A DNA stretch of 64,000 bases. It comes from Elusimicrobia bacterium GWA2_66_18 (GTDB taxonomy: Bacteria; Elusimicrobiota; Elusimicrobia; UBA1565; UBA9628). A program made the translations under genes and the position numbers. Of this stretch, positions 41,447 to 54,331 are shown piece after piece. The stretch lies in the NCBI GenBank assembly GCA_001799675.1, contig MGTX01000006.1:44316-108315 (forward strand), read 5' to 3'. How positions within the stretch are numbered: the first letter of the stretch is position 1; every line of letters begins with the position of its first letter. A model generated the notes under the pieces. The model made no database searches and was not told the DNA's origin. It saw only the letters and a list, made by a program, of their open reading frames with translations.

Positions 41447-41737
41447 TTATTCCTGGATGACGAGGTTGTTGAGGATATGGTCCACGCCGCGGGTCCGGCG
41501 CACGAGCCGGTCGATGAGGCGTTGCTGCTCGAGGTCGGGCACCAGGCCGGAGACCGTGGCGATGCCCGAGTGGACGTCTACGGTGACGTATCGAAGGTCC
41601 AGCTCCGGACGGCCTTTGAGCTGCAACTCGATGTTGGCTTTGACCGCGGGGTCGGAGAGATCCTCCTCCTGGACCGTGCGGGTGCAGGAGCACAGAGCCA
41701 GGGCCAGCAGGAGAGCCCCGGCGAAAGATCGTTTCAC
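41447..41737 (-). CDS. small BON-domain lipoprotein (OsmY-like), probable GTG start
   Basis: VKRSFAGALLLALALCSCTR (lipobox LALC) then BON-like ...VTVDVHSGIATVSGLVPDLEQQRLIDRLVRRTRGVDHILNNL; only believable part of antisense ORF 41447..43819. Confidence 0.55.
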   Translation of the reverse strand: MKRSFAGALLLALALCSCTRTVQEEDLSDPAVKANIELQLKGRPELDLRYVTVDVHSGIATVSGLVPDLEQQRLIDRLVRRTRGVDHILNNLVIQE

Positions 41738-41743
41738 GGGAAA

Positions 41744-44059
41744 ATGATAACATACGCTCCCGTGCTTCGCCAGACCGCCAGACTCGTCCTCGCCACGCGC
41801 AACGCGCACAAGGCCGCCGAGATCTCCCGCCTCCTGGAGGGTTCGGGCGTCGAGTGCGCTGCTCTCGACGCATATCCCGGCGTGCCCGAGGTCGAGGAGG
41901 ACCTCGACACCTTGGAAGGCAACGCCGCCAAGAAGGCCGAGCAGACGGCGCGGGCCTGCGGGACCTGGGCCCTGGCAGACGACACGGGTCTGGAGGTCGC
42001 AGCCCTCAACGGCGCGCCGGGCGTCTTCTCCGCGCGCTGGGCGGGTCACGGCTGTTCCTACGCCGACAACTGCGCCAAGCTCCTGCGCGAACTGTCCGAC
42101 GTGCCCGCGCCCCGGCGCGCGGCGAGCTTTCGGACCGTGATGGCCCTGAGCGGCCCCGACGGGCGCGTGGAGACGGTCGAAGGCCGCCTCGATGGGACCA
42201 TCGCCTCGGCCCCGCGCGGGACGGGAGGCTTCGGCTACGACCCTCTCTTTCTCCTGCCGGACGGCCGTACGCTCGCGCAACTCGGGGCCGACGAGAAGAA
42301 CGCCTTGAGCCATCGAGGCCGCGCCCTGCGCGAGATCCTCCCGCGTCTGAAGGCCCTGGCGCTGGGCGCCGTGCTCTCGCTCCTGGTTGCGGACGTCAGC
42401 GCCTCGAAGACGGAGCCGGGTCAGGAGACGATCTGGGACCAGATCATGGCCGCCCAGGCCCAGCGCGGACTGCGCCAGGGGCACAGGTACCTCGAGGAAA
42501 AGAAGTACGACCTGGCGATGCAGGAGATCAAGCGCGCGGTCGCCGGCAACCCCAAGGACCCGCTCGGGCGCCTCCTCCTCGGCGTAGCGCAGTATTGGAG
42601 CGGCGCGGTGGACGAATCCATCGCCTCCTACCAGGCCGCCCTGGCGCTGGACCCGGGCAACGCCCAAGGCCATCTCTTGCTCGGCATCTCCCACGCCTGG
42701 CAGGGCGACGCCTCGGCGGCGGAGGCCGAGTTCCACCGCGCCGTGGAACTGGACCCCGCGCGCGCCGACGCGCAGATGAACCTGGGCTCCATCCGAGAGA
42801 CCTTCGGCGACTATCCCGGCGCGCTCGAGCGCTTCCGGCTCGCCGTCGATCTGGAGAAGCGCAACCCGCTCTACCGGTTCCAACTGGGCTCGCTCTATCG
42901 CAAGCTGGGCCGCGATGCCGACGCCCTGGAGCAGTTCCGCGAGGCGGTGAAGATCGAGTCGAGCTACGAGGACGCCATGCTGGAGATGGGCTGCGCCCAG
43001 GAGCGGCTCAAGGACGCTAAGGGCGCCATCGCGACCCTGCGCCGCGCGGTGGACCTCAAGCCCGGCGACTCGGTGGCGCGCATGCGCCTGTCCCGCCTCT
43101 ACCTGGCCGTGGGCCGGCCCCGGAAGGCGCGCGCGATCTTGGCCGAGGCCTTCCATCTCACGCCGGAAGAGGGCGGCTCCGGCCTCCAGCTCTCGGTCGC
43201 CTACGCCTCGGGCCGCAAACCCGCCTCCGAGACCGGCGGACCGGCCGGCTCCGCCGAACCGGAGCCGGCCGTCGAGCTCGAGCCCGCCGACCCGCTCTCC
43301 CTGTTCGAGCGCAACTTGCGGCGCGTGCCCCTGGAGCAGGCCGCGGTCATGCACATGGACGCGGTCTTCCTGCCGCGCCCCAAGCTGCTCAAGGAGGGCC
43401 CGAAGGAGGGATCGAGCCTGCGCCGCGCCCTGGCCCGCGCCGGCGCCGGCGGCGACGACGCGGCGCCCCGCGCGGTCCGGCGCGACTTCATCCTGACCGC
43501 GTCCGACGCCGTCGCGCGCGAGAAGCAGGTCGCCGACATCATGGGCGAGATGCGTCAGGTCATGCGCGAGGCCCCGCCGGAGGCGGACGCGCGCCTGGGC
43601 ATGAACCTCACCTTCACGCGTCCGGTGGACGCGGGCCGCTCCGACGGAGCCGCTCCCTCGAAGGTGAGCTACCAGCCGCGCCAGGTCGGCAACGACATGG
43701 GCCTGTGGGTCATCGGCACGGGCTGGATGGCGCTGGTCGCCGAGGTCCTCCCGGAGCCGGGAGAGAAGGCAGCCTTCCCCGAGGACGCGGACGGGTGGAC
43801 CGCGATCGGATTGGCCCACGCCACCGTCGGCGAGGGCCAGCGGGCCATGGAGGCGTTCCTGAACGCGACCCGCCTTGACCTGCGCTCGGTCCCGGCGTGG
43901 CTCGGGCGCGGAGTGGCCGGCGTGATGACCGGCGATGATGCTGGAGCCGTGTCGGCGCTACGCACCGTCCTGGCCATCGACCCTAAGAACAAGGCCGCAA
44001 ACGACGGGCTCAAGTGGCTGCTGCGCCCCGCCCAGGCGAAGGAGACGCCGAAGAAATGA
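41744..44059 (+). CDS. fusion ORF: RdgB/Ham1 non-canonical purine NTP pyrophosphatase domain + signal/TM-like segment + large TPR-repeat domain
   Basis: Internal start MITYAPVLRQTARLVLATRNAHKAAEI...FGYDPLFL (Ham1) ... LKALALGAVLSLLVADVSAS ... >8 TPR-like repeats; no stop between the parts; upstream 116 codons of ORF 41396..44059 judged artefact. Confidence 0.7.
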   Translation: MITYAPVLRQTARLVLATRNAHKAAEISRLLEGSGVECAALDAYPGVPEVEEDLDTLEGNAAKKAEQTARACGTWALADDTGLEVAALNGAPGVFSARWAGHGCSYADNCAKLLRELSDVPAPRRAASFRTVMALSGPDGRVETVEGRLDGTIASAPRGTGGFGYDPLFLLPDGRTLAQLGADEKNALSHRGRALREILPRLKALALGAVLSLLVADVSASKTEPGQETIWDQIMAAQAQRGLRQGHRYLEEKKYDLAMQEIKRAVAGNPKDPLGRLLLGVAQYWSGAVDESIASYQAALALDPGNAQGHLLLGISHAWQGDASAAEAEFHRAVELDPARADAQMNLGSIRETFGDYPGALERFRLAVDLEKRNPLYRFQLGSLYRKLGRDADALEQFREAVKIESSYEDAMLEMGCAQERLKDAKGAIATLRRAVDLKPGDSVARMRLSRLYLAVGRPRKARAILAEAFHLTPEEGGSGLQLSVAYASGRKPASETGGPAGSAEPEPAVELEPADPLSLFERNLRRVPLEQAAVMHMDAVFLPRPKLLKEGPKEGSSLRRALARAGAGGDDAAPRAVRRDFILTASDAVAREKQVADIMGEMRQVMREAPPEADARLGMNLTFTRPVDAGRSDGAAPSKVSYQPRQVGNDMGLWVIGTGWMALVAEVLPEPGEKAAFPEDADGWTAIGLAHATVGEGQRAMEAFLNATRLDLRSVPAWLGRGVAGVMTGDDAGAVSALRTVLAIDPKNKAANDGLKWLLRPAQAKETPKK

Positions 44060-45462
44060 CGCGCCAAGACGACGACCGAGCCATGATGAAATCGTTCGTC
44101 AAGAGCATCCACTTCGTGGGGATAGGCGGCGTGGGCATGAGCGGCATTGCCGAGGTCCTCAACAACCTCGGCTACCGGGTGTCCGGCTCCGACGTGAAAT
44201 CCACGGAGATCACCCGCCGCCTGCAGGCCGCGGGCGTGCGCGTCTTCGAGGGTCACCGCGCCGCGCACGCCAAGGGCGCGCAGGTCGTCGTCGTCAGCTC
44301 CGCCGTGGCCGAAGACAACCCAGAACTGGCCTACGCCCGCAAGCGCGCCGTTCCCGTGGTCTTGCGCGCGCAGATGCTCGCCGAGCTCGGACGCATGAAG
44401 AAGACCGTGACCGTGGCCGGCTCCCACGGCAAGACCACGACCACCTCCATGGTCGCCATGGCCCTGAGCTCGGCCGGCGCCGAGCCGACCATCATCATCG
44501 GCGGCCAACTCAAGAACATCCGCTCCAACGCGCGGCTGGGCGTGGGCGAGTACCTCGTCGCGGAGGCCGACGAGTCCGACGGGTCCTTCCTTTTTCTCGC
44601 TCCGCTCGTCGGCGTGGTCACGAACGTGGACGACGACCACCTGGACCACTACAAGACCATGGACGCGCTCAAGGACGCCTTCGTGGCCCATCTCCAGCGC
44701 CTGCCCTTCTACGGCGCGGCCGTGCTCTGCGCCGACGACGCCGTCCTCATGTCGCTGCGCCCGCGCGTGACGTGTCCCGTGGTGACCTTCGGCGCGTCGA
44801 ACGACGCGGACTGGCGCGCGCGCGGCGTGCGTCTGACCAAGGACGGCTCCGTCTGCGAGGTCCTGCACAAAGGCCGGCGCGCGCTCACCCTCCGGTTGAG
44901 GGTCCCCGGCCGACACAACGTCTCCAACGCACTGGGCGCCCTCGCGGCGGGGCACTACCTCGGCTTCGACCTCAAGCGCCTGGCGCGCGGGCTATCCGAG
45001 TTCCGCGGCGTGGGCCGGCGCCTGGATCGTCTGGGCGCGGCCGGCGGCGTGGAGTTCGTCGACGATTACGGCCACCACCCCACCGAGGTCCGCGTCACGC
45101 TTGCCGCGGTCTCCGGGCTCTGGAAGGCGGGGCGCGTCATCGTGATCTTCCAACCCCATCGTTACTCGCGCACCCAGCGGTTGGCCAAGGACTTCGGGCC
45201 GGCCTTTAAGGGCGCGGATTTCGTCTGGGTCATGGACGTCTATCCCGGAGGGGAGAAGCCGCTCCAGGGTGTGAGCTCGAAGCTCATCCTCGACTCCCTC
45301 GCCAAGGCGGGAGTCAAGGCCGCGGCCTTCCCGGGGTCGCGCGAGTTGGCCAAGCAGCTCAAGCCCGACGACGTGGTCTTGACCCTGGGCGCCGGGGATG
45401 TGTGGAAGGCGGCCGAGGACCTGCTCCGCCGGCTCCGCGGGCAGGGCGCCGCGCCCATCTAA
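44056..45462 (+). CDS. murC: UDP-N-acetylmuramate--L-alanine ligase MurC
   Basis: Start MTRQDDDRAMMKSFVKSIHFVGIGGVGMSGIA; GSHGKTTTT P-loop; ATG overlaps previous stop. Confidence 0.92.
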   Translation: MTRQDDDRAMMKSFVKSIHFVGIGGVGMSGIAEVLNNLGYRVSGSDVKSTEITRRLQAAGVRVFEGHRAAHAKGAQVVVVSSAVAEDNPELAYARKRAVPVVLRAQMLAELGRMKKTVTVAGSHGKTTTTSMVAMALSSAGAEPTIIIGGQLKNIRSNARLGVGEYLVAEADESDGSFLFLAPLVGVVTNVDDDHLDHYKTMDALKDAFVAHLQRLPFYGAAVLCADDAVLMSLRPRVTCPVVTFGASNDADWRARGVRLTKDGSVCEVLHKGRRALTLRLRVPGRHNVSNALGALAAGHYLGFDLKRLARGLSEFRGVGRRLDRLGAAGGVEFVDDYGHHPTEVRVTLAAVSGLWKAGRVIVIFQPHRYSRTQRLAKDFGPAFKGADFVWVMDVYPGGEKPLQGVSSKLILDSLAKAGVKAAAFPGSRELAKQLKPDDVVLTLGAGDVWKAAEDLLRRLRGQGAAPI

Positions 45463-45465
45463 GCC

Positions 45466-46239
45466 ATGGGCTCCAAGCTCAGCCAGCACTTCCTCACGGA
45501 CCAGGGCGCCCTCCAGGACATCGTTGCCGCCTCCGGGATACGTCCCGGCGACGCGGTGCTCGAGATCGGCCCCGGGCGCGGGGCGCTGACCGGGTCCCTT
45601 CTCGCGGCCGGCGCGCGCGTGACCGCCGTCGAGATGGATGACGCCTTCGCCGCGGCTCTGCCCAGGCTGATCAAGGAAGCCGAGCGCCTGGTCGTCGTCA
45701 ACGAGGACTTTCTTCTTTTCGATCTCGCCGCCCTCGGCCCCGGCCCGTGGATCGTGGTCGGCAACCTGCCCTACGCCGTGGGCACGCCCATTCTCCAGAA
45801 GCTCCTCCGCTGGGACGCATGGACGACGGCCGCGCTCATGTTCCAGAAGGAGGTCGCCCTGCGCGCGGTGTCGGGCACGGGGGGCGCCGACTACGGCCTG
45901 TTGTCGCTCTCCGTGGGCCTGCGCGCCGACGCGGAGGTGGTCCTGGAGCTTCCGCCCGAGGCCTTCCGGCCGCGGCCGAAGGTCGACTCCGCCGTCGTCC
46001 TCTTGCGGCGTCTGCCCCAGCCGCGCGTGCCGGCCGAGGATGAACGCGCTTTCTGGCGCCTAGCCAAGGCGGCCTTCGCCCAGCGCCGCAAGATGGCCGC
46101 GGGCGTGATCGCCCAAGCGCTCGGCCGCCCGAGGACCGAGGTCGAGGCCGCCTTCGCGTCGGCGGGCGTGCCCGCCGACGCGCGGCCTGAGAAGATCGGC
46201 TTGTCGGCTTGGGCCGCCCTGGCTAAGGCCTTGCGATGA
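45466..46239 (+). CDS. rsmA: 16S rRNA (adenine1518/1519-N6)-dimethyltransferase RsmA (KsgA)
   Basis: GQHFL motif (SQHFLTD), SAM motif LEIGPGRGALT, NLPY. Confidence 0.88.
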   Translation: MGSKLSQHFLTDQGALQDIVAASGIRPGDAVLEIGPGRGALTGSLLAAGARVTAVEMDDAFAAALPRLIKEAERLVVVNEDFLLFDLAALGPGPWIVVGNLPYAVGTPILQKLLRWDAWTTAALMFQKEVALRAVSGTGGADYGLLSLSVGLRADAEVVLELPPEAFRPRPKVDSAVVLLRRLPQPRVPAEDERAFWRLAKAAFAQRRKMAAGVIAQALGRPRTEVEAAFASAGVPADARPEKIGLSAWAALAKALR

Positions 46240-47687
46240 GCCGCCGCCGCGCGCTGATCCTGCTGGCGGCCGCGGCGTTGTTCTGGCTCTGCCGCCGCGC
46301 CTACTTCGTCGGCTACTTCAACGACGACGCCTATTACCTCATCGGGGCTAAGTCGCTGCTGTCGGGGCGCTACGCGGAGGTCTCCGCGCCCGGCGCGCCC
46401 CCGCTCGTCAATTACCTGCCCGGATGGCCGCTCCTGCTGGCCCCCGTGCTGGCGCTGACGGGGGCGAGCCTCCCCGCCGCCCAGGCCTTCGCGGTCATGC
46501 TGCTCATCGCCGGCCTGGGTTTCTTCGCCCGCGTCTTCGAGCGCGAGTCCGGCGTCGAGGCCGCGGACCTGGCGCTGGCTTGCGCGGCGGTCTCGCCTCT
46601 GCTGTCAAGCACCGCGGCGACCCTGCTCTCCGACGGGCCCATGCTCTTCTGCGCGGGCGCGGCACTCGCCGTCCTGCCGCGCCTGTGGCGCAGACGCGAA
46701 GAGCGCGTTTGGCTTGGATTCGGGCTGGCGTTGGGACTGGCCGCGCTCGTGCGCCCCACGGGGCTGGCTCTAGCCGCCGCCGTTGCGGCCGTCCTCCTCG
46801 CCGAGAAGCGCATCGCGTCGGCGCTCGGCGTCTTCGCCGTCGCGACCCTGGTCCTCGGGGCGTGGCTGGGGCGCAACGCCCTGCTCTCGGGGGCGGGCTG
46901 GAACTACTGGAGAGAAGCGAGCGCGGCCGCCCGCGCGGGAGGCATCCCCTTCTTCGCCAACGCCTGGGCCTGCGTGGATGCGCTCTTCGCACGCTCGCTC
47001 TTGAGGCCTCCGACGCCGAGCGCGTTCTGGGAAGCGGCCGCCGCGCTGGCGGGGCTCGGCCTGGCGCTTGCCGGCGGCCGGGGCCTCAAGACCCCGTCCG
47101 GCCGGGCGGCCGCGCTCTTCGCCGCGCTCTTCGCGCTGCCGCATCTCGTCTGGTCCAAGACGGCCGCGCGTTACTTCATCCCGCTTCTGCCCATCGCGGC
47201 CTGGCTCTTCCTGCGCGGCGCCGCCCGGCTGGGGCCGCGGATGACGCGCGCCGCCGCCGCCCTGTCGGTCGCGCTGTCTGCGATGGCGACGGCGGGGGTC
47301 GTGCGCGCGTCCTGGTCGCCCTCCACGTCCCGGAACCTGCCCCCGCGGCAGGCCGCGGACTGGCTGGGCTCGCGCGCCCGTCCCGGCGCGGTCGTGGCGG
47401 CGGAGTACGACGCGCGCTGGCACATCCTCACGGGGCTGCCCTGCGTCCACATCCCCTACGACGCGCGCACGCCTCAGGCCCTGGACCGCTTCCTTGCCGA
47501 CTCGCGGGTTTCGTTCGTTGTGGTCGAGGACACCGCCGACGGGCTCAAACCCGCCGCGGGCGCCTACTCCGTGCCCGACGCTTCCTCCCTGCGCGGCCTT
47601 CTCGGCGCCGTGAAAAGAGCCCGTCTTGTCCATTCGGACGGGGCGGGCCGCGTCGAGGTGTGGTTCGTTCGTCCGCTCATTTGGTAA
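46236..47687 (+). CDS. polytopic membrane protein, PMT/ArnT-like (GT39/GT83-type) glycosyltransferase candidate
   Basis: 483 aa, N-terminal loop YFVGYFNDDAYYLIGAKSLL (DD/DE motif position typical of GT-C), many TM helices. Confidence 0.55.
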   Translation: MSRRRALILLAAAALFWLCRRAYFVGYFNDDAYYLIGAKSLLSGRYAEVSAPGAPPLVNYLPGWPLLLAPVLALTGASLPAAQAFAVMLLIAGLGFFARVFERESGVEAADLALACAAVSPLLSSTAATLLSDGPMLFCAGAALAVLPRLWRRREERVWLGFGLALGLAALVRPTGLALAAAVAAVLLAEKRIASALGVFAVATLVLGAWLGRNALLSGAGWNYWREASAAARAGGIPFFANAWACVDALFARSLLRPPTPSAFWEAAAALAGLGLALAGGRGLKTPSGRAAALFAALFALPHLVWSKTAARYFIPLLPIAAWLFLRGAARLGPRMTRAAAALSVALSAMATAGVVRASWSPSTSRNLPPRQAADWLGSRARPGAVVAAEYDARWHILTGLPCVHIPYDARTPQALDRFLADSRVSFVVVEDTADGLKPAAGAYSVPDASSLRGLLGAVKRARLVHSDGAGRVEVWFVRPLIW

Positions 47688-47699
47688 CATGCCGGCACT

Positions 47700-48263
47700 A
47701 TGATCGACACCTCGCAGTTCAAGAACGGCCTCGTCTTCGAAGACGACGGCCAGATCGTCCAGATCATCTCGTACCAGCATCACCGCAAGTCCCAGTCGGC
47801 CGCCGTGTACCGGACCACCCTGCGCGTGCTCGCCAACAACAGCGTCATCGAGCGATCCTACGCCTCCGGCGCCAAGTTCCGCGAGGTTCCCGTCACCAAG
47901 CGCGAGAAGATCTACAGCTACGATGAGGGCGACAAGGCCGTGTTCATGGACAACGAGACCTACGAGCAGGTCTTCTACCCGAAGTCGCTCCTCGGCCCAT
48001 CCTCGAAGTTCTTGACCGAGAACATGGAGGTCCTGGGCGTGTACGTCGACGACAAGCTGACCGCCATCGAGCTGCCGGCAAACGTCGTCCTCACGGTGAG
48101 CTCCACCGTGCCGGGCGTCAAGGGCGACTCGGTCTCCAATATGGTCAAGCCCGCCACGCTCGAGACCGGCCTCGAGATCAGCGTCCCGCTCTTCGTCAAG
48201 GAAGGCGACCGCATCCGCGTCGACACCCGCAACTCCCAGTACGTGGAGCGCGTCAAAGACTGA
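47700..48263 (+). CDS. efp: elongation factor P
   Basis: 187 aa; KxG loop context (…HHRKSQSAAVYRTTLRV…), three-domain EF-P pattern. Confidence 0.93.
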   Translation: MIDTSQFKNGLVFEDDGQIVQIISYQHHRKSQSAAVYRTTLRVLANNSVIERSYASGAKFREVPVTKREKIYSYDEGDKAVFMDNETYEQVFYPKSLLGPSSKFLTENMEVLGVYVDDKLTAIELPANVVLTVSSTVPGVKGDSVSNMVKPATLETGLEISVPLFVKEGDRIRVDTRNSQYVERVKD

Positions 48264-48280
48264 CCCCGCCCGCCAAAGGC

Positions 48281-48970
48281 ATGATCAAAGCAGTCATCTT
48301 CGACATCGACAACACCTTGACCGACTTCATGAAGATGAAGCGGACGGCGGTGGACGCGGCCGTCGAGGGGATGATGGATGCGGGGCTGCCGGGCGCCAAG
48401 GAGGAGTTGGTCAAGGAAGTCTTCGACGTCTACTGGAAAGAAGGCATCGAGGACCAGAAGATCTTCGACAAGATCCTCAAGGCCAAGCTCGGCCACATCG
48501 ACTTCAAGATCCTCGCCGGGGGCATCCTCGCCTACCGGCGCGCCAAGAACGGGACCATGACCCTTTACCCGCGCGTCAACCACACGCTCATCGAGCTGAT
48601 GAAGATGGGGATCAAGCGCACGGTGATCTCGGACGCCCCGAAGATGGAGGTGTGGCTGCGCATCGTGGGCCTGGGCCTCCACCATTTCTTCGACGATATC
48701 ATCACTTCCGAGGACTTCGGCATCAAGAAGCCCGACCCGAAGCCCTACCGCCGGGCGCTCGAACTGCTCGCGACCAAACCGGAGGAGACGCTCATGGTCG
48801 GCGACTGGCCCGAGCGCGATATCCAGGGAGCCAAAGGCGTGGGCATGCGCACCGCCTGGGCCAAGTACGGCGACACCTTCGGCACCACGGAGTCCGGCGC
48901 CGACTACGTGCTCGAGGATATCTACGAGGTCATCGGCCTCATCAAGCGGGAGAACGCCGTTGCGGCCTAG
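48281..48970 (+). CDS. HAD-superfamily hydrolase
   Basis: MIKAVIFDIDNTL (motif I), ISDAPK, GDWPERDIQGAKGVG (motif IV). Confidence 0.7.
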   Translation: MIKAVIFDIDNTLTDFMKMKRTAVDAAVEGMMDAGLPGAKEELVKEVFDVYWKEGIEDQKIFDKILKAKLGHIDFKILAGGILAYRRAKNGTMTLYPRVNHTLIELMKMGIKRTVISDAPKMEVWLRIVGLGLHHFFDDIITSEDFGIKKPDPKPYRRALELLATKPEETLMVGDWPERDIQGAKGVGMRTAWAKYGDTFGTTESGADYVLEDIYEVIGLIKRENAVAA

Positions 48971-50585
48971 CGGCCCGGTCGCGCTCGCGCTCCTCGCCCT
49001 TCTCTGCGTCCCCGCCTCCGCCATCCGGGTGGAGCGCCTGCCCTTGCCGGCGCTCGCCAAGGTCCGCGGCGTCGTCCCCGCCGCTCCGGCTTTCGAGGCC
49101 GTCGCGGCCGAGGAGGCGATCGTATGGTTTGACGCGTCCGTCTCCACCGCCCAGAGGACCGCCCTGATCGCGGGGATCGGCGGGCGGATCATCCAGGAAC
49201 AGCCGGCCTACGGCTGGGTCCATGTGGGCCTGGCCGCCGGTTCTTCCGTGTCCGACGGACTGACCGCTCTGCGCTCCGCGCCCGGGGTGCTCCGCGCCGA
49301 ACCCAACCGCGTCTACGCGGCCGTGCGCGCGCCCAACGACCCGTTTTTCGCCTCCCAGTACCACTTCAACAAGATCGACGCTCCCGCGGCCTGGGAGTTC
49401 GAGGTCGGGACTTCCTGCCTGACGACCATCGCGATCATCGACACGGGCATTGAAGGGACCCACCCCGACCTTCAGGCCAAGCTCGCGAGCCTGGCTCACC
49501 AGGAGTGCGTCACCCCCGGCTGTGCGCCCGACGCCCCCGTCGCCGCCTGCGAACACGGCACCGCGGTCGCGGGCTTGGCGGCGGCCGCGACCGACAACGG
49601 CTCCCAGGTCGCGGGACTGTCTTGGGGCTCGCAACTTCTGTCCATGCGCGTCTTCGACACGGCCGACTGCAACTCCGATTGCGGCGACAAGGCGGGCCAA
49701 TCCTGCGCCACCTCCGACGCGCGCATCGTCGATGCCCTCGCCTTCCTCGGCAATCTGCAGAACACGGCCGCTTACGGCCGTATCGTGGCGAACATGAGCC
49801 TGGGATGCCTGCCCGGATTCGGTTGCGCCGCCTGCTCGGTCCCTCTCCAAACCGTCATTGACGCCGCCTTGGCAAAGGGGATCGTGATCGTCGCCGCCGC
49901 CGGAAACGACGGCCCCGGCGACGATACGATGAACGTCCCCGCTTCCTGTCCTGGCGTCATCCCCATCGGCGCCACCGACATCAACGACGCGGTCGCTTCT
50001 TTCTCTTCCCGAGGTTCGGACCTGGCCAATAACGGCCTCTCCGCCCCCGGCGACGGCCTGACCAGCACCAGCCTGGGCGGGACGACGAAAGGGGGGCTGA
50101 GGGGGACGTCCTTTGCCTCGCCTCTCGTCTCGGCGGCGGCGGCTCTGGTCCTTTCCGCCAAGCCGACGGCGACGGTCAACGGGAGCACGAACGAGGTCAA
50201 GAACATCTTGCGTGGAACGGCCGATAACGTGGGGGGCGGCGCGAACGCTTGCGGGGCGGGACGCCTCAACGCGTTCCGAGCCTTGCGCTATACGGTCAAA
50301 GGCACGCTGGCCGGCTTCGACGGCGAGGCCAAACCCATCGCCTTCCCCAACCCCTTCCGCGTGTCCCAGGCAGGGCTGGTCTCATTCGCCGTCCCGCCCT
50401 CGCTCCAGGGTTCCGGCGTGAAGATCAAGATCTACGCCCTTGACGGGCAGCTCGTCCGCGAGATCACCGGCCTGATCTGGGACGGCAAGAACATAGACGG
50501 CGGCCTCGTCGCCAGCGGGACCTACGTATTCCAGGTCTCCTCGAGCGGCGGCCGGGGCCGAGGGCGCTTGGCGGTGATCCGATGA
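48960..50585 (+). CDS. secreted subtilisin-family (S8) serine peptidase with C-terminal beta-sandwich (FlgD-Ig/sorting-like) tail
   Basis: Signal MRPSGPVALALLALLCVPASA; catalytic triad contexts IIDTGI (Asp), HGTAVAG (His), GTSFASP (Ser); C-terminal GTYVFQV motif. Confidence 0.8.
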   Translation: MRPSGPVALALLALLCVPASAIRVERLPLPALAKVRGVVPAAPAFEAVAAEEAIVWFDASVSTAQRTALIAGIGGRIIQEQPAYGWVHVGLAAGSSVSDGLTALRSAPGVLRAEPNRVYAAVRAPNDPFFASQYHFNKIDAPAAWEFEVGTSCLTTIAIIDTGIEGTHPDLQAKLASLAHQECVTPGCAPDAPVAACEHGTAVAGLAAAATDNGSQVAGLSWGSQLLSMRVFDTADCNSDCGDKAGQSCATSDARIVDALAFLGNLQNTAAYGRIVANMSLGCLPGFGCAACSVPLQTVIDAALAKGIVIVAAAGNDGPGDDTMNVPASCPGVIPIGATDINDAVASFSSRGSDLANNGLSAPGDGLTSTSLGGTTKGGLRGTSFASPLVSAAAALVLSAKPTATVNGSTNEVKNILRGTADNVGGGANACGAGRLNAFRALRYTVKGTLAGFDGEAKPIAFPNPFRVSQAGLVSFAVPPSLQGSGVKIKIYALDGQLVREITGLIWDGKNIDGGLVASGTYVFQVSSSGGRGRGRLAVIR

Positions 50586-50949
50586 CCGCGGCGACCGGCA
50601 CGGGACTTTTGGCGGCTTTCAACGCGACGCGGGGCCGGCTCGTCGCGGGCCGGGTCGCGACGGCCGGCGACTGCGCTTCGCGCAACCAGGGCCTGCTCGG
50701 TCGCGCGTCGCTCGACGAGGGCGAGGGGCTCTGGATCGTGCCCTGCCCGATGATCCACACCTTCTTCATGAAGTTCCCCATCGACGTCCTGTTCCTGGAC
50801 CGCGGCCTGCGCGTGGTGCGCGTCATCGAGGATCTTCGTCCCTGGCGCCTCTCGCCCTGGGTGCTCTCGGCGCACAGCGCGCTGGAGCTCGAGGGCGGAG
50901 CCCTCAATGGTTCGGTCGCCGTGGGCGACCGTCTGGAGATGAGACCGGC

Positions 50950-50953
<4 letters not shown>
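50582..50953 (+). CDS. DUF192-family protein
   Basis: 123 aa with ...GLWIVPCPMIHTFFMKFPIDVLFLD... typical DUF192 core. Confidence 0.55.

Positions 50954-54327
<3,374 letters not shown>

Positions 54328-54331
<4 letters not shown>

Noticed and set aside
41447-43819. 790-aa minus-strand ORF antisense to the RdgB-TPR gene
   Set aside because: Only the 3' ~97 codons (BON lipoprotein with lipobox) are credible. The upstream 690 codons are low-complexity antisense to TPR repeats.
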